A DNA stretch of 60,729 nt, counting the filler, from Jimgerdemannia flammicorona (taxonomy: Eukaryota), in the NCBI GenBank assembly GCA_003990765.1. It is 2 parts of 2 records of this genome, joined end to end, with 100 filler letters (N's around TTAATTAATTAA, not from the genome) between each part and the next. Parts side by side here need not be neighbours in the genome. Positions count along the whole stretch, not along the records: positions 30,418 to 60,729 come from RBNJ01000449.1; 1 more part is not named here. The stretch is one strand, 5' to 3'. Positions 53,730 to 60,729 of this stretch are shown piece by piece. Position 1 is the first letter of the stretch; every line of letters starts with the position of its first letter. The position numbers were made by a program, and so were the translations under genes. Below the pieces are notes generated by a model. The model saw only the letters and a list, made by a program, of their open reading frames with translations. It ran no database searches and was not told the DNA's origin.

Positions 53730-56700
53730 TTTTTTTTTTATAGTTACTCAGACTCCTATTTAATACCATGAATCTATATTATAATACAACTATTTCAAGA
53801 CCCATTACCCAATACCCCTCAATCCCCCTCACCCCTCTCTGTCCCTTTCTGCTGAAGCATGACCCAGCCGCCTACCACCTGAACCCTCCCTCCACTTTTC
53901 TGACTTATGCACTCAATCAACCTCCTACAACCACCCCCCCCCCTGGATCCCACCCTCTCTACCAATCATTCAGCATATCAAGCATTAACCATTCCCAACA
54001 TGCAATCTTAACCCCTACCAAAACCTGCCAACCCTCCTCAAAGACATGCAGTCAGTGACTGGCCAAACCCACCCATATGGCCAGAGTCTACCCCAGGGTC
54101 AGCCATTCATCCCCAACCCCACCCACCAACTGGTCATGAAGGTCTCCCCACCTCTCTCCTTCCCCCACCATTAAAGGCTATAATCCCAATCTTCCAGCAA
54201 TGTTTTTCCAAAAAAACCCCCAACACATTGTACTCCTCTAGCCAATGTTCAGGCATCTGTACCACTCCCCCCTCCTGGTCAATGTCTAAGCATTCTTCAC
54301 ACTCAAATACAAAGTGTTCTGTGCTAAAGTTTAACATCACATTCCACCATAGGAACCTCCACCAAACCACCCAGAACTTAGGGAGAAGTCATGTCATCAC
54401 CTTCTTGCTCCAAAGCCAAACTCTGTTCCAGTTCCACTCCTTACTAATCCCCACCCTCTGCCATATCTCAGGCCACAGGTCCCCCCTGGGCCCCTGCAGA
54501 CATTCCATGCCATCACTAAGCTGAAAGTCCTCTGCCAATGTACCACCCAGCAGAAGTCTGTCCCAATGCTACATCTGTAGTCCCCTGTCCTCCTCCTCTT
54601 CCTCCCCCTGCCACTGGAGACCAATCCTTCTTGCACCATCCACCACACCCTACCAGAAACCTGTATGTCTCATCCTCCTACTCCCCTCCAAGGCCACCAG
54701 AGCTAGTAGGTCGCCAGTAGAACCAAGGGGGGTATACCTCATCTCCCAGACCCACTGCAGAAGTGGCACCCACTCCTGGCCCCTCAACTCACTTGCTCTC
54801 TTCAGCCACCATACTAATAGACAGTGCAAATGCTTAGAGAGGTCCACCAGACCCAGTCTACCTCTATCCACAGATAGGGTCAGTACTTTCCAACTGAACT
54901 GACTTCATCACCTAGCCCAGATCCAGAATTTCACCAATTTCAGTAGACACTTGAACACCCATGCTGGGAAGTCCAGATGATATCCCACATACCACAGCTT
55001 TGGCAGCCAAAACATGTTCAACACCATCACCCTCCTGGCTGGGAGATATGTCGACCACCCCACTACAAGAGAATATTCCCCCATTTCTGCAGCTGCTGTT
55101 TCCACCATTCTTGGGGCAGAAGAGACCCATATACTGAGAAGTACATCCCCAAGTAACAGACTGGATCACCAGACAGTACAACTGTCCCAATTACTTCACC
55201 ACCAACCAATCCATCACTTAGTACCATAGTCTCACACTTATGCTAGTTGAGATGGGCTCTGGAGCCCCTTTCATACCATTCCACTATGTGCCATAGTTCC
55301 TCGACATCTTCCAAGGAATCCAAGCCTACCACTATATCATCTGCAAAGGCCCCAACCTTTCAAGTTATCTTCAAAATTTTCAGCCCCCCAATTTGATGCT
55401 GGATTCTATCTAATAGGGGCTCCAAAGAGAGTATATATAAAATAGAGAATAGAGGATCCCCCTATAGTACCCCATGTCCAAGAGGAAAGGCCACACCCCT
55501 ATGCCCATTCACTACTAAGACTGCCTGACTAGTCTCCAGTAGGTTGATCAATGACCTCCAAAAGCCTGGGAGAATTCCAACCCACCTCAGCACAGCTGTC
55601 AGCCAGACTCTCCTCACCCTATCTCTCCTCACCCTGTTATACGCCTTCTCCTGATCCAGAAACACCAATCTGCCTTAACTCCAACTGCCTGAGCACCTTC
55701 AATCACCCCATGCACACAGGCAGTCCCATCATGAATCAGCCACCCATCAATAAATCCTCTCTGCTCACTCCCCAGTACCTGCTGAGCAATTTGCTGTAGC
55801 TGAGTCACCACCACCTTCATTACCAGCTTATGATCCATATTCAGAAGCATGATCAGTCGCCAATTCCTCCAATTCTCTCTCCTCTCCTTCTCCTTGTAAA
55901 GTAAAGAGACCAGCCCAAGGCGCTGACCCCCAATCCAAGTTCCAGTCTGAAGAACTTCATCATACATCACCACCATTTCCCCCAAGACCACCTCCACCCC
56001 CATCATCTTATTTCAAAAATCCCATGAAAGGCCATCCTCCCCAGGAGCAGTCCTCTTACTCATCAAAGCCAAGACCTTGCACACTTCCTCCTTTAGTACT
56101 GGGGCTCCCAGAGTCCCCAGATCCAGTGCTGGACTCAGGTGCCAATTCTCCAACTGCTGCTCAATGTCCATGACATCTGTACCCCCATCTGCCTCACTCC
56201 ATAGATTTCCCCACTGCATCCTCAGCAGGTCCAGAACATGTGGGGTCCTCTCCACCAATGTCTCATTCTCATCCAGAATACCATTCCATCACTTTCTTGA
56301 CTTCTAGACTTGAAGCATCTGAGATAGAAATCTTGAGGACCTCTCTCTCTCTTCCAATCCCTGTCACCTCAACCTTGCCATGATCCCCTTCAGCCTAGTC
56401 TCCTCCTCCACTCGCAGTACCTCCTTCAGCTCATCCACCTCCTTCTGTTGCCTCGAAACTCTCCAATCATCTGTCCCCCTATCCTCCAACAAACCTGCCC
56501 ACCTTTCCAAAAGGGTCCCCAATTACTGTGAAGCCCATTGTACCCTCTTCTGACATTGAACACTCCTTCCTATCCCCACCTCCCTCCAGTACCTCTGAGC
56601 TACTGACTTCAGCCACTGCCAGCAGTCTCTAATCCCTAAGCCCTGCTCCTGCCACCCAACAACCTTTCCAATAATTTCGACCTCCCATACTGCCCATAAT

Positions 56701-59500
56701 GGGCCCTCCTCCAACAAAGAAGAATTCAGCTGCCAATGTCCAGGCCCATCCCCACTCCCACCAAATCTCCCATTCCCTAATAGCCCCCAGTGATCTGGCC
56801 ATAGGCACTAGACCACCTCCATCTTATCCCAAACATCCCCACCCCAACATTCTGCTGTCAACACCCAGTCTATCCTAGAGCCCTGCCCTGCTGCTCAGTG
56901 GGTATAGACCTGGTGATCCAACCAGAGCTGCTGCCCTGAGTCCATCAGAGAGCTCAACCTTTCAACCTCTAACCAATTGTCCAACCCATCACTCCTGCCC
57001 CTCATTCCTCTCCTGCCATCAGTCCTGTCAACCTTATAATCACACACTATATTAAAATCCCCCCCAGACAATCCAACCCTACCTCCCCCATCACTCCAGC
57101 CTCTTTTAAGTCTCTGATCCCATTGATGCATCTCCTCCTCTCTACTGGGCAATAGTACAATCCCACTGTTAGTGGGTTCCACCCTGGCCTCTGCTACACC
57201 CCCCACACTAGTCTACTCCCCCAATGTCCAATGTTCTCAATGTCCCCCATTCCCTTATAAACCAGAATGCCCACCCTCCCGGTCTATACTACTGTCCCAC
57301 CCCACTCCCTAGTCTAGTCCTGGAAGTCAACATTGGCCTCATACTGCACATCCTGTAGTAAGAAGAGATTGGCATTCAGTCCTTGCAACCAGCCAAAGAT
57401 ATTCTATCACTGTGCTGCCCTTCTCAGCCCATTTGCATTCAAAGAAAAGATATGGATTGTACTGTTCATAATGAATAATGTTGTAATGAGACCTCTTTTC
57501 AGAATTTCATACTCATCCCATCCCCAGCCAGATGCAAGTATCTCTCTGCCTCTAGCTCATCACCTTCCACAGCCTGAGCATCCAGTGCCTCCAATAGTTC
57601 CTGACACTCTGCTCCATCCACAACCTCCATCTCAACACAATAATCCCCACACACTGTTCACCACTTCTCCAGTCCCTTCCTAGAGCCCCACAAGAATGCT
57701 GCCTGGTCATTTGCCACCTTATGGAAATTCTCCTCCCTCTGATCATCTATCTGATATTCAATGGACTCTAAGAGTACCACCAGAATCTCATCCTGAATCT
57801 TCCTTAGCACCTCCTCCCCCCAAAGAATTTCCTCCCAGTACCTATCCCCCATTACTCAGAAGTCCTCACCCCCAAGCTCCTCTGCTGCCACCCCTTCCAG
57901 AGTCTTCCACAGCCACTTCTCATCTACTGCCTCTGTAACACCCCAGGTGATTTCTTCCACCTCTACTCCTGGATCCACCAATGTACTCCTCCTAACTGAC
58001 TCATTCCACTCCTCCTCTAACACATCTTGCAATTCCTCCTCCCCTCTCTCCACACCCAGAACACTGTACTAAAGGGGCACCCCCTCTCCCATTTCAGCAT
58101 CCTCTACTATACAACCCTGCTTCCCCCCACTGGTTCCACCCTGAGCTGCACCCTGGGCTGGCCAACACTCCTCTACCCAAACAATCTCTCTTAACCTGAT
58201 GCCTCCTTCTCCTGCATCTCTGCCTGCCTCACTCCCTCCCAGTTTCTCCAACAACTCCTTCTGGATCTGCCTCCTCTGCGCCCTCTCTCAAGCCACCTGG
58301 TCCATTCTGATTCTCTTCCTGTCCATGATCTCCAATACTGTCTTCACCTCATACTCCTTCCAAGCCAATTGCCTCCTCTCCACAGCTCCTGCCAGATCCT
58401 CCAAAGCCTTCAATAAGTCCTCCTCCTCCTCCTCCTCCTGCATCCCTCTCATTCAAGTGACCTTGCATTCCACTGGTCCCCACTTGAGAAAGACTGGCCA
58501 GTCCCTTGCCTTCCCTGTATTCTCCTTCCCAGCCAGCCTCACCTTGATGTCGAAATCCCCAGTCCTAAGATCAGTCCCCTCCTAGACCCAGAAGCCAATG
58601 TTCATAATCTCCCCATACTCCTTGACCACCTTGATGATCAGCTCCCTAGCTCTCTCCTTCAATACTGTGGGAAGATCCAGCACTATCAACTAGACCACTC
58701 AGAGGTCCCATCTCATATATCTGGCCATTGGAACCACCATCCTGCCCACTACTACCCCTTTCTCTACCATCTCTAGCAGTGCTGCTTCCTCCTCAAATCC
58801 CACCTTGACCTCTTTCTTCTCCTTCAAGAATTTCACTGAAGTAGCCCCCTTTACCTCTTGTGCCACCAGCCCCAGAATCATCCTCACAGTCACTGCTAAG
58901 CCTCAGAAGCATAGTGTGATGGCAAACTCTGATCTTGACTTTTTGAGTAACAGTGCTGACACTATGCCCATCACTCCATCTGCTAGATCTCAGGGCCTCA
59001 TACCCACCCCCTGACCAGATCTGCCTACAGCCATCACATCTGGATTTTTTTCCAGATTCACTATCACTCTACCATCAGCAGTCACATCTCCCACTGCTAC
59101 TCCCCCAGTCCTACCGCCTGCTCCTCCCAAGGGGAGTTCTCTCTGACCCCCAACTGCAGCTTATATTATCTTCCCCAGGCCCAGCCAACTATCCAGACCT
59201 GACAACATCTTCCCCATCCTAACTTTGTCTGCTAAGGTCATCCTCTCTCCTCCTCTTTGCTTTAATCCACCCCTTCCTCCACTGCCATCACTGTGCCCAG
59301 CCATAGATGGCCCCAGCATCCCCAAACTATCTTCTCTCCTCCCTACATACTGTCAGTCAAAGGCACTGCTGCCCCCCTGGCTGGCATGCTCACTAGTACT
59401 ATTGTTGCTATCTATGTTGATAGCCTTCTTTTACCAAAAATATTGTGAAAAGTGTTGCCTAAGTCTTGTGTCATCTGAATGTTACCAGTAAAAGGTCTGG
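53730..59500 (-). mobile_element. Second near-full-length degenerate L1/Tx1-like LINE, a diverged relative of 47454-53115
   Basis: ORF2 starts at 57469 (MNSTIHIFSLNANGL); GGDFNIV...DRTDG, APGEDGL, NWRLIMLLNMDHKL, FLDQEKAYNRV, VGAFADDIVVGL. Same T-run/ATAGTTACT 3' end as the first LINE, and ORF1 similarity (GATSVKFLK versus GAASVKFLK). No clear TSD. Confidence 0.88.
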
Positions 59501-60660
59501 GGCTTCTACTCACATCTCTATCACTCTCTGCTCTTCTATTACTACTACCCTCACTTTATCCGCACTGTTTGTACACCATTAGTGTGGGCTGATCACTTGT
59601 TGCCCCAACTCCCTCACTACTATTTTGCTCTCTCTGATCTTCTTTTCTCTATATCACTCTGTATCTTCCTTTCAGACTGACTGCATATTATCCTCTCTCT
59701 CTTTTTTACCACTTTTCACAACTGCTCATCACTTCTCTACTATACTGCTCACTTGTTCCTTTTAGGACTGATCAAATATTACTCTAGTTTACCCTATACT
59801 ACTCACACTGCCTTTACTCTTTTGGTGCATCTCTAGTTGAATTTACTGCTCTTTCCTTTTACAGCCCCTTTTCCTTTTATAAATATCCCAAATTAGATAT
59901 ATGCATATATACATATATATATATTTATTATATATAATATATTTAAGGGTTAGTTGGCTATATAGAGATATTAAATTGATAATATTTAGTAAGATTACTA
60001 ATTAATGAATATATAATGAATGATCACTTGCAGCTGCTGGGTTAGGATTGGGTGGCAGTTATTTGTAGTTATTGGGTTAGAACAGATGTAGAGGTCGTAT
60101 AATACTCATTAGTATACCAGTTTTAGACATCATACTATCTGACTTAATATAGAACTAGATGATATATATAGAGTGATCTAGATATTCCTCTTTGATGCTT
60201 ATTTTGATTTGACTACTTGAACCTCCTCTCTTTGCATTTTCTTTATTTATCCAATTTTACTACTTACTGAATTGCTTCTCTCTCACCCATACTTATTCTA
60301 TTCAATCATTATATATATATATATATAGATTGGGCTGAATTTACTGCTCTTTTCTTTTACAGCCCCTTTTTCCTTTTATGGACTTCCCAAATAAGACATA
60401 TATATACATAAATATATATTTATTATACATAATTATTTGAGAGTGGGTTAGTTATATAGTGATATTAAATTATCTAACACTTTATCCCATTGTCCTCTCT
60501 GCAAATTCTTGACATATAACCCTTTCCTTATATTGAAGAGCTAATACAATTTGGGCTCTGACATCTGTCCTTTCTACTCCTATATTACTTTCATAGAACA
60601 CTTACTCTGTTTTTTTGCATAATGACCAAGACTCTGATAGTGAGAACTTCAATGCTGGTA

Positions 60661-60729
<69 letters not shown>

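Larger units (their letters stand above)
44408..60475 (+). mobile_element. Degenerate Ngaro-type (DIRS order) tyrosine-recombinase retrotransposon with split direct repeats, interrupted by two LINEs
   Basis: A1 (about 44408-44660) matches A2 (about 59980-60280); B1 (about 59835-59975) matches B2 (about 60332-60475), giving the order A1-ORFs-B1-A2-B2. RNase H remnants LWIDT..YGLGIYFNGAWF, DI*FKELFTI..AIATWG, LLYTNNQA and DNGIADTLS at 46625-46970. Tyrosine recombinase remnant at about 53500-53630. Confidence 0.8.

Overview
Eukaryotic, intron-containing DNA from an early-diverging fungus, plausibly Mucoromycota (inferred from gene content, short GT-AG introns and CpG-depleted repeats). There are three zones. 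(1) 1-27.3 kb is gene-dense and CpG-rich: RIX7/NVL AAA ATPase (3' end outside the window), an NmrA-like protein, two tandem coiled-coil paralogues, a mitochondrial carrier, a hypothetical gene, TRP4, a Pirh2/RCHY1 ligase, a PC-esterase/SGNH protein, a disrupted RINGv ligase, SEC22 and COX19. (2) 27.3-35.4 kb and 44.4-60.7 kb are CpG-depleted, transition-riddled transposon relics. They include an assembly gap and an Ngaro-type tyrosine-recombinase retrotransposon carrying two nested, near-full-length L1/Tx1-like LINEs. (3) 35.4-44.4 kb is a CpG-retaining island with a diverged ~2 kb module (two long copies, one lacking the homeobox, one partial and inverted), intact and broken homeoboxes, and a small Zn2Cys6 gene. 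The top finding is the tandem gene pair at 8.3-11.3 kb. The two genes share identical 118- and 100-nt exons and intron phases, and they align without gaps to the SYCP3/Cor1 meiotic-axis coiled coil as I recall it, making them a candidate two-component SYCP3-like chromosome-axis system in a fungus. All gene models were read by eye, and no database searches were run.
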